This document shows positions 50,900 to 64,000 of a stretch of 64,000 bases of DNA, in pieces. The first letter of the stretch is position 1. The number at the start of each line of letters is the position of its first letter. The notes beneath the pieces were generated by a model. That model ran no database searches and had not been told where the DNA came from. It saw only the letters and a program-made list of their open reading frames with translations. The DNA comes from Podarcis bocagei (lineage: Eukaryota), in the NCBI GenBank assembly GCA_964188305.1, contig OZ076886.1; one strand, written 5' to 3'. A program made the position numbers and the translations under genes.

Positions 50900-52050
50900 G
50901 CGAACGCGAAGAATGGGTTGTGCTGGGAAGCCAGGACAAGGGGACTCATTCCATGTGGAGGCAGCGCACTCGCAGGCTCCCAGGGGAGGCAGGGCGGGGG
51001 CGCCGGAGAGCGCGGCAGGCAGACCGGCCAGATCGCCCCCAAAGTCCCCCGGCAGCACCGGCCAGCCAGGTGTCCCACAAACGAGGCACGGAGGGGCCGC
51101 CCGCCACCCCCGCACTACGGATAAGCCTGGCACGGCAGGCGGAGGCAAAGGCCTGGCTGGGGAAACACCCCCACTCCCTGCCCGGGGTACCTGGTGTGAA
51201 GGCAGGGTGGGCAAGGCGGTGTCCTGCCCCGCGAGCGGGCTTCACGGGCGGCGACGCCCCCGCTGCTCCTCCACTCTCCGGAACCGGCTGCCCGCAAACC
51301 CCAGCACACTCCCCGCTCCGGGAGGGAAGAGGGAGGTCCGGCGCCAGTTCCTGCCTCGGCTTCTCCCAGACTGCGGCCCCCGCTCCCCACACCCGGCTTC
51401 CTCCCGCCGCCGCCGCGCACTCACCGCTCTCAATCTCGCCGCCCTTCTTGGCCGTGGCCGCGTTGCCCATGGCCGGGCGGGGGCCGGGCTGGGGCTTGGG
51501 CTGGGCCCGCGGGGAGGGGGCGCTCTCCCCGCTCGCTCGGTGCAGGCGGCAGGAGGCTCCGGCTGGGCCCAGCCAGGCCCAATCCCCCCCTCCCCTGCCA
51601 GACCGGGGTCGCCTCCGCCCCCTTCTCCCCTGGCGGCAGTAGCAGCGGCGGCGGCGCCACCTCCCCGCGCGTGCGCCATTGGCTAGCCTGCGCGGCTGCC
51701 GCCAGCCGATTGGTCCCGTCGCTGAAGCCCCGGTCGCAATTGGCCCGCGGACCGTGACGGCTTCCTCTCGCGCGCCCGCCCTCCTTCTTGCGCAAAAAGT
51801 GTCGGGTTGAAGCCGAAGGCTTCTACCGGCTTCTGTGATTGGCTAACGGAAGATTTAGAGTCCCACCCTTCTGGTGTGGATCCGCTAATTGGCTAGGCCG
51901 GGAGATGGGGGCTCAGGGTGCTATTATTAGAATATTTAGATTTTCCTAATTCCGAAGAATGTCCATTGTAAAGGAAGGAGGAGGAGCAGCAGCAGTAAAA
52001 CGCGTCTCCGGAGGAAGCGGGGAGAGGGCGAAAACCGGGCGTGGGGTTTG
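50900..52050 (-). promoter_or_regulatory. PRKACA: PRKACA CpG-island promoter, TATA-less, five CCAAT boxes
   Basis: GC/CpG-rich island spanning exon 1; ATTGG at 51678, 51709, 51739, 51838, 51888. Confidence 0.85.
51425..51470 (-). CDS. PRKACA: PKA C-alpha1 exon 1 (MGNAATAKKGGEIES-V), N-myristoylation motif
   Basis: 46 coding nt, Kozak GCCATGG, GTGAGT donor at 51424; alpha rather than beta from the KETGN motif in exon 3 and adjacency to ASF1B. Confidence 0.95.
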
Positions 52051-53467
52051 ATGCTTCCAGTGGGAATTTAAAATAGAAATAAATAATACAGGGATTCCAT
52101 TGTGCAGCGAGCATAGGGGTTCGCTGTTGCGCAAAGCTATTGTCCTCGGTTGACCAGTATGGAATAAATTCATTTTTGAGGGGCGGGAGCCTGACAAAGC
52201 GATGCTCGGATAAGAATGGGCGTTCAGCTGAGCTTGTGCTCACCAGCTTGCTTTGTGTACCTAGACTAACGTTTGACAGTCCTTGACTACCCCTTTGTTC
52301 ATGCACTTCGGTTAATGTATGAATATAGACTGACTGTGCCATCTTTTGAATGAATGGAGACGTTTATGCTTGTTATTGATTAACCCGGAGCGCTCTCTGA
52401 TGTAGGCTGCTTACCACGCCCATAAACTCGGACTGGAGGGTGGGAGGAAACAGTGCATTTGCGCCTTCTATGTCTCTAGCTACGTGAGCGTGTGAAACAA
52501 TGGCTGGGTAAAGTGAATTCAGAGGTTTCTCCGTCTAGTTTGGCCCTAATTTATCTAAATTTCCGTAGGATGACAGGATTTTCCAAATCTTGGCTGAAGT
52601 TGCGGGGGGGGGGGGCTCAGAGCTTATATAACGAGCTGAACTTATGTAATAAATCTGATGCCCGAAGTATTGTTGATAGTTGTTCATTTTGTGACATACA
52701 CAGTCTGCGGGTTTTTCCTGGTTTTTTCCGGAGCACGTTGTGTAACCAACGTAAACGTTATGAAGAGACTCTAGGCTACATTTTCACTTCACTTTTTGTT
52801 TGGCAATCGTTAACAGCCCTGGAGGCAATGTAGGACATGGCTGTCACCATGACAAATGCTTCTTAAATACTAATACAGTTATTATTTATTATGATAGCCT
52901 TAAAATGCCACAACATTCTTCTTTGTTTTTGCTGCAATAAACTATCCCATCTCTCTCTCTCTCTGGAAGTTACAACTGGACAGTTAACACAGTACTGTAC
53001 CACTAACCTGCTAGACATTATTCAGAATGCAGAAGGGCACATAACCTAAGAACCTCAGAGGTTTTACAGGGCTTTACTATGCACTAAGGGTATGTGTATG
53101 TTAAAGAAAAAGCAAAACAAATACAAGGCACAATAATTTTCTGTTCTTTTTAAGTGCCTCTAAGAGTGAACTATTACTGTTTCAAGTGTCTCAGTAGCAA
53201 TAACTAATACAGTAGTCATTACCAATACTTTTTCATGCTTTACTCAATTTCTTCTTAATGCTTTAGCCATTTTTGCTCTTGCTTAACTTTCTCTCCATCC
53301 TCTCCTCACCTTCACCTTTCATGTTATTTCTTGTGTAGCCAACAGAATGAGGCCCTATTTCTATCCCCTGAGTGGCAGAAAGCACCATGAGAAAGTTGTT
53401 CATCCTTTAATGGGAAACTCATAATGCAACATTACACATGTTTGCTCAGAAGAGACTTCTGGGAGAA

Positions 53468-53627
53468 GTAAAGGTAAAGGGACCCCTGACCATTAGGTCC
53501 AGTTGTGACCGACTGGGGTTGCGGCGCTCATCTTGCTTTATTGGCCGAGGGAGCTGGCGTACAGCTTCCGGGTCATGTGGCCAGCATGACTAAGCCGCTT
53601 CTGGCAAACCAGAACAGCGCACGGAAT
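53468..53627 (-). mobile_element. Sauria SINE 3' fragment
   Basis: (AAAGGT)n tail and CTTCCGGGTCATGTGGCCAGCATGAC body. Confidence 0.85.
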
Positions 53628-56600
53628 TACAACCTGTAACCGGTAAATGTGCTAAGCTTTGCAACCTAAACCTTATCACAGTATAAGCGAGCAGGTACTT
53701 CTCGAAGTACCAGTGTGCTTTTTTAATTGTACACTGACTGCTTTAATGGCCTCTGGCTGTGAAGCAGTTTATAGATGTGTCAAATAAAATAATAAACTAG
53801 GTTGTTGGGGTCTTGAAACAGATAACAGGGATCATATTTAGAGGGCAAGAACTTATACAGAATCCTATGTTTCAGCAGCTTTTTTTCTGTCAATATTCTC
53901 TGATTTCTGGATCCTTAGCTGAAATTGCGCATACTACACTTGCAGTCAAAAAGAAAATTAAGTGTCATTCCAGATGATTCTTTAAAAACTATACTTGAAC
54001 TAGTGCAATCCAGCACCAATAGTCTACATGCACCTATGGAGGTATACTTCATATATTCCAAGTGTTATGATCCTGGCACTGAAACTAGGTTTTAAGAGTG
54101 GGTCCTGGCTTCACCTGAACCCTGATACACAAAAAATTAAAATCATACTTGGTTGGAAGGGATGTCAAAGTTCACTTTGTCCAAGACAACCAGGCCAAAC
54201 CAGGAAGGAAATCCACCTTTACAGTATCCCTGATAGTTGACCAACCTCAGCTTAAAAACTTCTTACTAGATTTCCTTAGACAGCAAAGTTATTCTCTCCA
54301 GGACATGACTGACAACTGGATGCTCAAAAGTAGCAGTTTTATCCACTCCTATGAAAGGGATAAAATATGGCATTTAATTTTAGCTATTTTGGCTGCATGA
54401 GCATAGGCCTTATTAGTCTGATTTTGAGCACAAAGACAGAGATCAAATTAGGTCAATAATGAACACATCTGAAATCTGAACATTGAAAACCAATCACGTT
54501 TTAACAAATTAGTACATTTCAAGGCTTTATGAATATACAGCATTTTCAAATAGGATGCTAATTTCAAATTTGAAGCTACCAGTTCAAATTAATAAAATTA
54601 ATCAAACACTACTATTAAAAACGTGAATAGCTTTAGGTATTTGTCTCAGCTTTGCATTTTTGTACTTCCTCCAACCTCTCCTCTGCTGGGTAAACATGAG
54701 GACTGTGTCAAATATTACATTTCCATGGTGGGGGTGGGCGTGAGTGAGGGAAGACCAACAGTAGGTAGATCCAGAATCCATGACAGGCGGAGCAAACTAC
54801 CGTAGTTATAATTCTGCCGTCTTCCTCCTCCCTACTGAATTGTCCAAGGGTAATGCTGAAACTAAGGCAGAGGAAGCTCGCCAGCAGTGCCACCCCCTGG
54901 CAGCGGTGCCCCATTTGCCCTAATAGATAAGCTTCTACTCAAATGTTAAAAATGTGTGCAGGGAAACAGTAAGAAAATAGCTTCAGATAGTGTGTTTGAA
55001 ATACTGGAAGAGTTTGGTACCTGTTTGAGGTGGGTGAATTTCAGAGCGCAGTTGTACACACCACAGATTAAAATCAGTTTCCATACCTATTTAGCACTGA
55101 ATTTTTTTCTCATTGGGAAACTCTCAGTGGGTTTGGAGAGCTCTAACAAAGGGTCCCCAACACACTCACTGGGGTGCAATCCTCCAGATTATTTGCAGGG
55201 CCTCACGATGGTTACACTGGATGCAAACTTATTTGTAGTGTTTAAAGAGCCATACCAAGTATTACCCAAACCTTACTGCTTTGATTTTACAAATACATGT
55301 ATTGTTGGTTCACGGGGGGGGGGGGGGTATAAATGGATAATTCCTGGATGCCAATATCCAAGTTTGGGGAAAATACTATTTGGTGAGAGAACCTCGGCAG
55401 AGATTTAAAATCACAGAATATGCAGCAAACTAAAGCATGGAAATAGAGGCTGTAAAACTTTAAAAGTGCATTCCAAAAAATTCGCCTTAAAAGTTTATTT
55501 CCAAAGTTTCCCTCTTCCCTGGCATAGGAAAAATACCATGCATTTGGTAAGTTAAAAAATGGTTTACTTACACATTATTCAAAGGTCAGATTCATGTGCT
55601 TCAGAAAGGGTTGCACAGGCAGAAAAACTTGTCTTAGTTACAAAGTGGTGAAAGTTCCCTAATTATTGGTATAGGAACTCCATAATGGCTTGTGAGAGCC
55701 ATGCAGTCTGATCTGGAACAGCCAGCTCAAACTTCTTTACATGCTGAGCTTCTCAGGTTGACTGGAGAATAATACGCTTGATTACCCAAAGTAAGGGAAG
55801 TGGGCATGGCTAAGCCAGCAGGACAGCTTACTCTATGGTATTAACCCATTCATGCATTAATTAGACTTAAACATATTGGTTATAATAGGCTGGTTATCCC
55901 ACTTGTATAACATAAATAGCACCCCAGAGAACTTCACAAGCAGCACGCAATGTTATAATTTCTGCTTTCCTTTTGCCTACCTACATCAATAACTATGCAT
56001 GTATTATGGAATCTTAAGGGTGGAGAGAGAGTGATGAGCAAATGGAGCCCAGATGGTAATAAACAGGCCAGTCTGGCTAGATCTCCTCTTTGAGCTCACA
56101 TGATGATTTCTCCTTGTAATATGATGTCAAAAAGAGAAAAACGAGGCAGAGTTTGCTTAGAAGAAGATGTGGCTCCTGCCGTGGACTCTGTCAAAGAGCA
56201 GATGAAGCAAATTGCAGTGGTGGGGCCATGCACTGATGTAGTAAATAAGCATCTGATTAAAAGGGAGAAGGATGTACCTCCAGTCCACAGCAGACTATGA
56301 AACTTGGATTGGTGCCACCAGCTTTATTTCCCTGTGGAGAGGAGATTAAACAAAGCACAACAAAGGCAGCTATTATGCAGCTGTAAGGTTCCCTTCTGTT
56401 GTTGTGAAATATCTGGATCGTGGAGCAGCATATGTGTTATGTGAACAGGTGGTGCCAGGAAGTGAGGACAGTATTTGAGTTTGGGGTATTTCTGAGACCA
56501 CAGGGAACCTTCCAACCTCAAATTCAGTGCAGCACAGCACAAGCACAGAACAGCACAGCAGGAAGAAACAGCTCTGGTTAATGCTCCCCTTCAAGGGCTA

Positions 56601-56749
56601 GGGTTTACCTCCAGAAGGGCACATTGGTGTTCTTTAGGGCACATGGAAATGTAAGTAAAAGCTGTTCAAACCTGCTTTGCCGCCCTTTTCAAGGGGAGGG
56701 CAGCCTATGCAGCTGAAATGACTCCAAGCTGTATCTACAGCATTATTAC

Positions 56750-56880
56750 AATTTCTAGAGGAGTAGATGCATATATCTGTTGCAGCAAGAGTAGCAGGGA
56801 GTCCTGTGGCACCTTAGAGACGCAGTTATTACGAAATAAACTTTCATGGTCTACAGTCCACTTCAGATACATGAAGGGTT
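56750..56880 (-). mobile_element. Old Penelope-like pLTR remnant
   Basis: GAGTCCTGTGGCACCTTAGAGAC...CTTTCATGG...CTTCAGAT pattern, decayed. Confidence 0.5.
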
Positions 56881-57901
56881 ATCCTGAGTTGCAAGCACAT
56901 ATATATGGCTGAGGTTGGTGGGCATGGTGCAGTGAAATCAGAAGAGAACACAGAAAAATGCAGTGTATGTAACAGCGGCAATCAACCACACGCAAAAAGT
57001 CATGTTGGTAACACAGACATCCTGGCATTGGTAAACTGTTAGTACCAAACCTCTTGACATATTGTAATGCAGTGGTTATATGTTGCAGTCTCCCTTGAGC
57101 TCAGATACAATGCACCCTTGGGAATTTGAACTGTTCCCACAAAGGGGGGAAACATCTGCAAACTACTCAGGTTCAAGGAGATTGGGTCTTAGCAAGCCTG
57201 CTACGGTTACTAAACATCCAAAAAAGGAAGAGTCGAGTCCAGATTCCCACAGTTCACCTGGCTGCATATTTGCCCATCAGAGTAAACCACATCATCCCTG
57301 TCCTTAAGCACTATTAGGGCTCAACAGTACTTGGCTTTTTCTTGGTATTGTGGTTGCAGCTGATAGACTGGAGTAAGTATGCAAAATAAGTTTATTTGCG
57401 ATAAGCTCTCAATGCTCCCCTCCACATCTTCCTCACCCTCATCCCAACATGCAACTGGAATAGTACTTTTTCATATATAGTTTTCAAATCCTCTTGTGCC
57501 AAGAGGGGAGTTTCATTTAGACACAGCTTAAAGCAAAGGTGACCTTGAAAAGGATTTTAAAGATCCCTTTCTCCTTTTCTTTGACAAGGAAAGAAGGTAT
57601 GATAAGAGTGTTTCTTGCTGAGGTTCTTATCCCTCAGGAGAACACAAATATAGGGAAAGCCCACGCCTTTTCTGTTGTCAAGACTATTGGCAAGGCTGAG
57701 CTCATTCTGCCTCCAGTACTGAGCACAGTATTTGAGTTACATTGGCACAGAATATTAAAGCTATAAGTAGTGCAAATCAAGAGATCCCTGTTATGTATCA
57801 GAAGGCAACCTAAAGGAGTATTTTTGCACTGTTTCCTAAAGAAAAATCAGGAAACTAAGGGGTTCCAAAGTTGTGGGTCTCCATCAGGCCCAACTCATAT
57901 A

Positions 57902-58142
57902 CAGTGGAACCTTGGTTGTTGAACGTCTCCATTGACGAATGTTTCAGCTTTCGAACGCCGAAACCCCAGAAGTAACTGTTTCAGTTTTTGAATGATTTTT
58001 GGAAGCTGAATGTGCCACGCAGCTTCCATTTTGAGTTTCCCTATTGTACTGAGGCTTCTGCTTTCAGTTTTTGGTTTTTGAACGTTTTGGAAGTTGAACG
58101 GTCTTCTGGAACAGATTATGTTCGAAAACCAAGTTTCCACTA
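57902..58142. mobile_element. Tc1/mariner (Tigger-like) MITE
   Basis: TIRs CAGTGGAACCTTGG / CCAAGTTTCCACT(A), TA flanks. Confidence 0.8.
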
Positions 58143-60817
58143 TATATGCTTTAATGAGGTTCTTGTATGGGGACTGTTGACATCCGTCTTTCTGAAGTGA
58201 CAATGGCAGAGTGGGCCATGGGAGTAAATTCAAGCCATTGGAGAGTTATAGTGCCTGCTATGGCTATAGAGATCAATACAGCAGAGACATGTTTACTGAA
58301 GGTGTCTGGTTTTGCTGGTTCAGATGTAACATGGTGTTCCTTCTCTCCGCACTCCTCCCAGTGGTTATCTCTTCTCTGCTCACTGCTGTGGATACATGCC
58401 CTGTCTTTCTGTCTCCAGGTACTGCGGTCATCTGCAAGGGATGGGGACTACACTGCCTCATTTTCACATAGGAACAGCACCAATATGCAATTGTGTGAAG
58501 TTCCGTATTACAAGGATGGTCCAGTTTCTTAAAAACTTAATTTGATGTCTCTGGGCAGAAAATATAGCCTTAACAGGTAGGCGGATAATGTAATTATATA
58601 AGGTTTTTCCTTCACCTACAATGGGCAGCTGGAATGTTTAGGCAAAGCTGAGAGCTGTACACTACCCATTTGTTCTGAATAAAGGGGGAGAGCTCCATGC
58701 AAGCCCTCTTATTCCTCTTTAGCTTGCTTTCTTGGATTTCATGCCTTCCAAGGAACCTTCCAAGGACTGTGCCAGCTCGCCTGAGCAAGATCCACCAGTC
58801 AATACTTTTTTATTGCTTTGACAAAACTAAACCACTTTCATCCTTCACATAGGAAACCTTGCTGTTGTGATGCCTAGGAACACTCAGGTCCCAGGTTTAC
58901 TGAGCTTTGTTATACTCAGCTTCTTGAATCGCATCCAACAGCAAATTGAAGTCACCCCACACTGCAGTGCACAAGTAAAATTGGTTTTCTATACCCAGCT
59001 TTAGCAACTGAGCAGATTGCTTTTTGGATTAGCTGAAGTTTATAAATGAGCTAAAATTAACTCGAGTTTTGAAGCTATGGCAGTAGTGGCAGGCAAGAGG
59101 GATCCTTGAATCTGTGCAAGAGGTAACTTTCCTGCCATGTTTGGCCCAAATATTTGAGAAAGGACCACAGATACAAACTCCTTAAAATGGAGGTTGTACT
59201 GGTGGCCAGAAGCAGGAAATAGAATATGAAATGGAACACACAATATTAGGGAAATAACAGACTGGGTGGAAAGTGGCACGAAAGAGCGACAGCACATTTT
59301 AAGCAGCAGCAACACTTTTGTTTGCAGGATTTGTACTGGCGCAGGACCATGTTCAAAGTTCTGGTTATCAACATTTCAACCCTATTTTTTTGCAGTTTTA
59401 AAGATATGTTGTAAATCACCTGGACACACATGTAAAAGGTGTTTAATAAATGAAATGCAGCCAGCTTTACAAGAATGGCTTGGGGCAACTGAAGGGTCCT
59501 CCGGGAAAATCCTGGAACATCTATGGCCCAGTGTTTACACAGAGATATTCTTCAAGGATCAGTCTCATTCTTCTAACCTAAGCACCCCAGCTCGCACTTT
59601 TGTTTTCATCTAGGTTTTGATCCGTGAATAATTATTGCTTATGTAACTCCCTGCAGAAAGCAGCATGACTAAGATAAGTTTCCACCAATTGCCACAACTG
59701 TAGTGGTGCCAAAAAATAAAATAAAAAAATTGAACTGTAACTGAACTTCATAGTATTGGTGCAGCACCACTGGTTCACAAGCTACTTTTAACCACACTGC
59801 CACAGACATATACATGCTGAATAATGATCAGGTTGAAAACCTTTCAGCGGTGAAAAATGAATGTATTTAAATCAGTTAAAATGAGTCAACCAACCCTAAA
59901 AATTCCAACTTCAGTCTACTTGATAATCCATTGACTTGAGGTAAGCCAATTACCCTGATCTGGAATTTGGGAACACCGGGCATGTTATACTTGACACACA
60001 AGAGAATCTCTGCAGTTCAATGGCTACTCATATTTCAAGCCATTTTGAAAGTGGAGCTTTGTAGCAGGTACTTTCTTTACGAGGCAAGATCTAGTGGTGG
60101 TCCAGGGTAGGACACTGTAGTGTTTTGCTTACATTTAAGTATGCCATTATAACATTTGAGCGAGCATTTTATTCTGGCACTTTTCCCCTGGAGTGATACT
60201 TTTGTCATCTTTGCATTACTATCTTTTACATGCTATATTACTGTTTTACTGTTTTTCTATTTTCCTGGGGCATTGGTTTGAGTCTCCTTGGGCAGGGAGG
60301 ACTCACTCACACACTAGAACATGGTTTGGCATTATATCTGATCTAAACATACCACAAGTTATTTTATAAAATAAAAAAATTGACACTAACCTATGACACT
60401 ATATTAACTGAAAATAGTAATCTGGTCGTGACGATCATCAGGGGTGGTATCCAACTTGCTCTTTCCATCAGCATAAAGGTTTACACTTGCACAACAAGTG
60501 TTGTGCCCTGCACCCTCCCTAATTCTGGTCCAGAGGGTCAGGGAAACCCCCAGGACAGATTTAGGGGGCATGACTTGGTGTACTGCAGTAGGTTGGACTA
60601 GATGACCCTCAGGATCTCTTCCAACTCTACAATTCTAAGTCTTACAGATCTTTAACACTGCATACAACTATATTTTGCCACTCCTGCTTTTAGGAAGCAA
60701 ATTCTACCTACATATTTTTTAACCTCGCCAAAATGAGTAGTCCCTTGCAGCAAAATCTTTAATAAGGTGCTCTCGGTATTCAACCAACTAGATACCACTT
60801 AAGAATTCACAAAATAG

Positions 60818-60838
60818 TTTATTCCAAAAAGTTTTATT
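60818..60838 (-). terminator. ASF1B: Tandem AATAAA polyadenylation signals, likely ASF1B 3' end
   Basis: TTTATT at 60818-60823 and 60833-60838, ~860 nt after the stop, followed by a GU-rich tract on the minus strand. Confidence 0.65.
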
Positions 60839-61690
60839 GGTCAGACATACAACACAAAAATGTTTTAAACATCTATATGCTGTGTTCATCTCTAAAATAC
60901 CAGGGAGAGAAATAGAGAGATCAAGTATCAGGGCAGGTAATAACAGAAAAGAAGGGTGTGCGACTGGAGGCAGGCCAGAAAAAAAACAAGTGCAGGCCTT
61001 TTGAAGAAAGGCATGTTTCCTCTGTGGAGGGATTTGTAAACTTAGCCACTGTCTAAAGGAGTTGATGCAATTCCTGCTCACTGTGGCCTTGGGCAGATTT
61101 TGGGTCAATGGTAGAAAGAAGGCCAACTGGTGCAAGCTAAAAGAGGGAGCTCTCAAAAGCAGTGCTGGGACCCTTGTGCAAATAGGTAAATTGTACAGCT
61201 TAAATCTCATCATCCATCACCTTTTACTAAGCAGATTGTAAAATTGGGACAGGCTTTTATCAACTCCTGAGAGGCATCAAGACCTGACTGTAATTGCTAG
61301 CTATTTTGCCAGCAGCAACTCATCAAGACTTAGCTGTGTTGCAACAGAAAACTGTCCTGAAAAGAAGGTACCCACTATGCTAGATTCCAGCCTTCTGGAG
61401 ACCTGGAACAAAGGAGGGAAACACAGGGTTCTGTTTATGCAGCTGTTTATGCAGCTAGACTAGGTGCCTGTCAAGGGTTAGTGGCAGGAGGATCCAAGTA
61501 TCAATGAAGAAATACTATGATAGAACAGACCTGTAGATCTGTTACAAACCCCAACACGAAAAGGACTCTGAATTGTCAATCTCCATAGACATATCAGTTG
61601 GTTCATTATCCCAAATCCCTCCTACATCTCCCACAAAAACTTGTCAGCTGCTCTTCATTGCGCAGGGTCCTCAACATTATTGTGTTTGGA

Positions 61691-61888
61691 TCACATACAG
61701 TCCATGGAATTCTCTGGTTGCAGACCCATGGAATGGACCAAGCCTTTGATGTAGACACAGCTAGGAGGCAGGAAGCTATCAGGTTCTGGGTCTACATTTT
61801 CAATATTGTCCATCTGGTCTCTAGGACCATCCCAATTGATGTGGAAACGGGTGACTCTGGGGTTGGATGCCAAGATATTCCTCTGTAG
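61691..61888 (-). CDS. ASF1B: Histone chaperone ASF1B, last coding exon
   Basis: LQRNILASNPRVTRFHINWD...PENSMDCM*; CAG acceptor at 61891-61889; C-terminal tail of ASF1B type. Confidence 0.93.
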   Translation of the reverse strand, partial: LQRNILASNPRVTRFHINWDGPRDQMDNIENVDPEPDSFLPPSCVYIKGLVHSMGLQPENSMDCM

Positions 61889-62967
61889 CTGGAAGTAAGA
61901 AAAACAGGGGTCAAAGTTACATAGGTTTATGTTTGGATCAACTTTCTAGGCTGACAGCTACTCAATTCCTGCAGCAATATCAAGAAAGGGGAGGGTTAAC
62001 AGAAGTAAAAAATGGTTTAAAAAGTTAACACTATTTTATTTTTGACAACACAGAGAGAAAATTTATATCTGGGTGTAATCCTTCCAATTCTATTTCACAT
62101 TGGTAATCCTTCTTACTTTTTGACATCTACAGGGGACCTACTTACATTGCACATTGGGTTTCAAAATAGCAAACAAGACTTGAACCAAACTTCATAGTCC
62201 ATAGGCTCTTAAAATCTGCTGCTGTTACTCAGTAACCCCAATTTTCTTTCAATGCTTTGAAGCCCTTTGTCAGAGCATGAACCTTCCGAGGAGGGAATCA
62301 TCAATGTCCCCTCAACTCACGGAGCAGAGTAGGTACCTCACTAAACATATTAATCTTCTCTTTGAGATTTAAAGCTCCCTCAAACTACTCTGCTGCAGCC
62401 ACATCAATCAGCACATAATATGATGAAGATGCAATTACAAACAAGGTTTTATCTGTAGCAGGCCATTATCACTACTCTATTCTACAAAAGTGTATTTAAG
62501 TTGTGCTATAACTCCTGGGGGGGAAATCAAAGCTCCATTCTATATCACAAGGGCTACCCACTCCACAGCTTTCTGGTCAAAATGCACTGTCTTATTCAGA
62601 ATGCAGGCAATAAATTAATACTGAGCTGAACTCATTGTATAACTTTCTGCTTCATATTGTCATCCCAAATAACATCTACCTTCCCCCAGCATAGCATTTT
62701 CCAACACTGCAAAGTGACTGGGTCTCAAAGGCTACTACTCTGCCCTTGCAAGGATTTTGTACTCCCCAAAAGAAATGGGAACCGCCAGACTGGGGGCCAA
62801 ATACAACCCCCCCATCTCTCTCTCTGGACTCTCCCCAAGCCACACCCCTCACTTGCCTTGCTTTGCATCCTGTTAAGGGTCCCCAATCCAAATTCCCAAG
62901 GCAAGGACATGGCCTTCATGAAGGCCAAGATGATGGACAAGCTGCTTTTATCAGATCAGTGTCTCAC

Positions 62968-63144
62968 CTGGGAGAAGTCTGGCTTGAGGGGTGGGTTTTC
63001 TCTTAGCTCAGGATCCATATATTCATTGTTGACATAGTATCCAATGCGGATGAATTCTTGGCCCAGATAGGTACAAGTGATAAGTATTACTGTAACTCCC
63101 ACAGCATCACTTTCAGGGATTAGATCAGGGTTGGGGGCATTGGC
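62968..63144 (-). CDS. ASF1B: Histone chaperone ASF1B, penultimate coding exon
   Basis: 177 nt, ANAPNPDLIPESDAVGVTVILITCTYLGQEFIRIGYYVNNEYMDPELRENPPLKPDFSQ; CAG acceptor, GTGAGA donor. Confidence 0.95.
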
Positions 63145-64000
63145 CTGCAGAGAAAACGGCAAAACAAGTGACATTTTCATCCTGCCTGTCTTTAAAAGAA
63201 AACTCAGGGCAGCATGCTTGATGCTTTTCCATTTCATCCCCCTTGCAATTCTTGAAGAATATTAAAACTTTAAATTACCCATTCAGCTTCTGGGCTGAGT
63301 GGAGATTTGAACCTAGGACTGTCTGGTCCAATCTTGAATGACAATACTACAGAGTCCTCATTTAAGAGCCATTGAAGTGTATATAACCAGGAATGGGCTT
63401 ATGTTGGTGGAACAAAGTGATACAGTTATAGAAGAAATGCCAACAGACTGGAGTTCATAATCAAGGCTTTTTTATTTCTCTTGGTGTTGTGCAACAACAA
63501 AGACAAGCAACAAAAATATGTAGTCTCAGAAAACCAAGCAAAAGATTCAGGTAATTATCCTCATGTCAGTTCACCATGATTGTAAAATTATTTTGGAGAA
63601 AGAAAGCTAGACTACAGGTGGTAGAAAGGCCAAGGATGGAGTTATACATCAGCACAAATTGAAAGCAAGTAAGCAATGCAGTTGCAGTTCCAAAGCCAGT
63701 GAACTGGGCCACCAATTTAATCATCGTAGTTTAGTGTTCTAACAGGAATTGCTATCCTGAAAGCACTGGCTAACTATGTCGTTAAGAGTTGTACCAGTTG
63801 TACCACCCCAGAATGCAACAATGCCCTGTAATTACTACAGTAATGTTATCAGCACAGGTCAAAGAGCCACATTTTTTTTTTCTTGAGGAAAAAGGATTTG
63901 AGACTTTGATATTAACACATTTGTGTGTTTATATGAGGAGCAGCAATTCATTTTCAATAATCACTGTTTTCCCCTAAAGGCTGGAAAAGCATTTAATCAT

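Noticed and set aside
883-51470. Assignment to PRKACB
   Set aside because: Some beta-like residues and a beta2-like exon, but the KETGN motif, short intron 3 and adjacency to ASF1B favour PRKACA
50815-51795. Long overlapping ORFs on both strands
   Set aside because: Stop-codon depletion in the CpG island; only the 46 nt of exon 1 are supported
56099-56260. Box C/D snoRNA (ATGATGA...CTGA)
   Set aside because: Boxes ~150 nt apart, no terminal stem, intergenic location
1-64000. CRISPR array or other prokaryotic system
   Set aside because: Eukaryotic intron-exon DNA; no regularly spaced repeat-spacer structure seen

Overview
Vertebrate genomic DNA. The repeat content (Sauria/Squam1 SINE, Squam3-like SINE, L1, L2, CR1, Penelope-like elements) indicates a squamate, probably a lacertid lizard. 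The window holds the 5' part of PRKACA (PKA catalytic subunit C-alpha) on the minus strand: CpG-island promoter and exon 1 at ~51.4 kb, a ~46 kb intron 1, and exons 2-4 at 5.4-0.9 kb. Upstream on the same strand are the last two exons and 3'UTR of ASF1B, the same gene order as in mammals. Intron 1 carries a clear alternative long first exon paralogous to PRKACB C-beta2 (28.4-28.6 kb) and a candidate short-N-terminus first exon with a possibly multi-exon 5' leader (18.9-20.4 kb). The most unusual structure is in intron 2: a 2.37 kb hAT-type element (TIRs plus a perfect 8-bp TSD) whose interior is a CpG-island/promoter-like cargo with a nested L1. Its TATA box points outward in the PRKACA sense direction. 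Also present are an L1/Penelope chimera under one 15-bp TSD and minimal hammerhead ribozyme motifs from Penelope-like elements. Repeat family names are by pattern recognition only and were not checked against databases.
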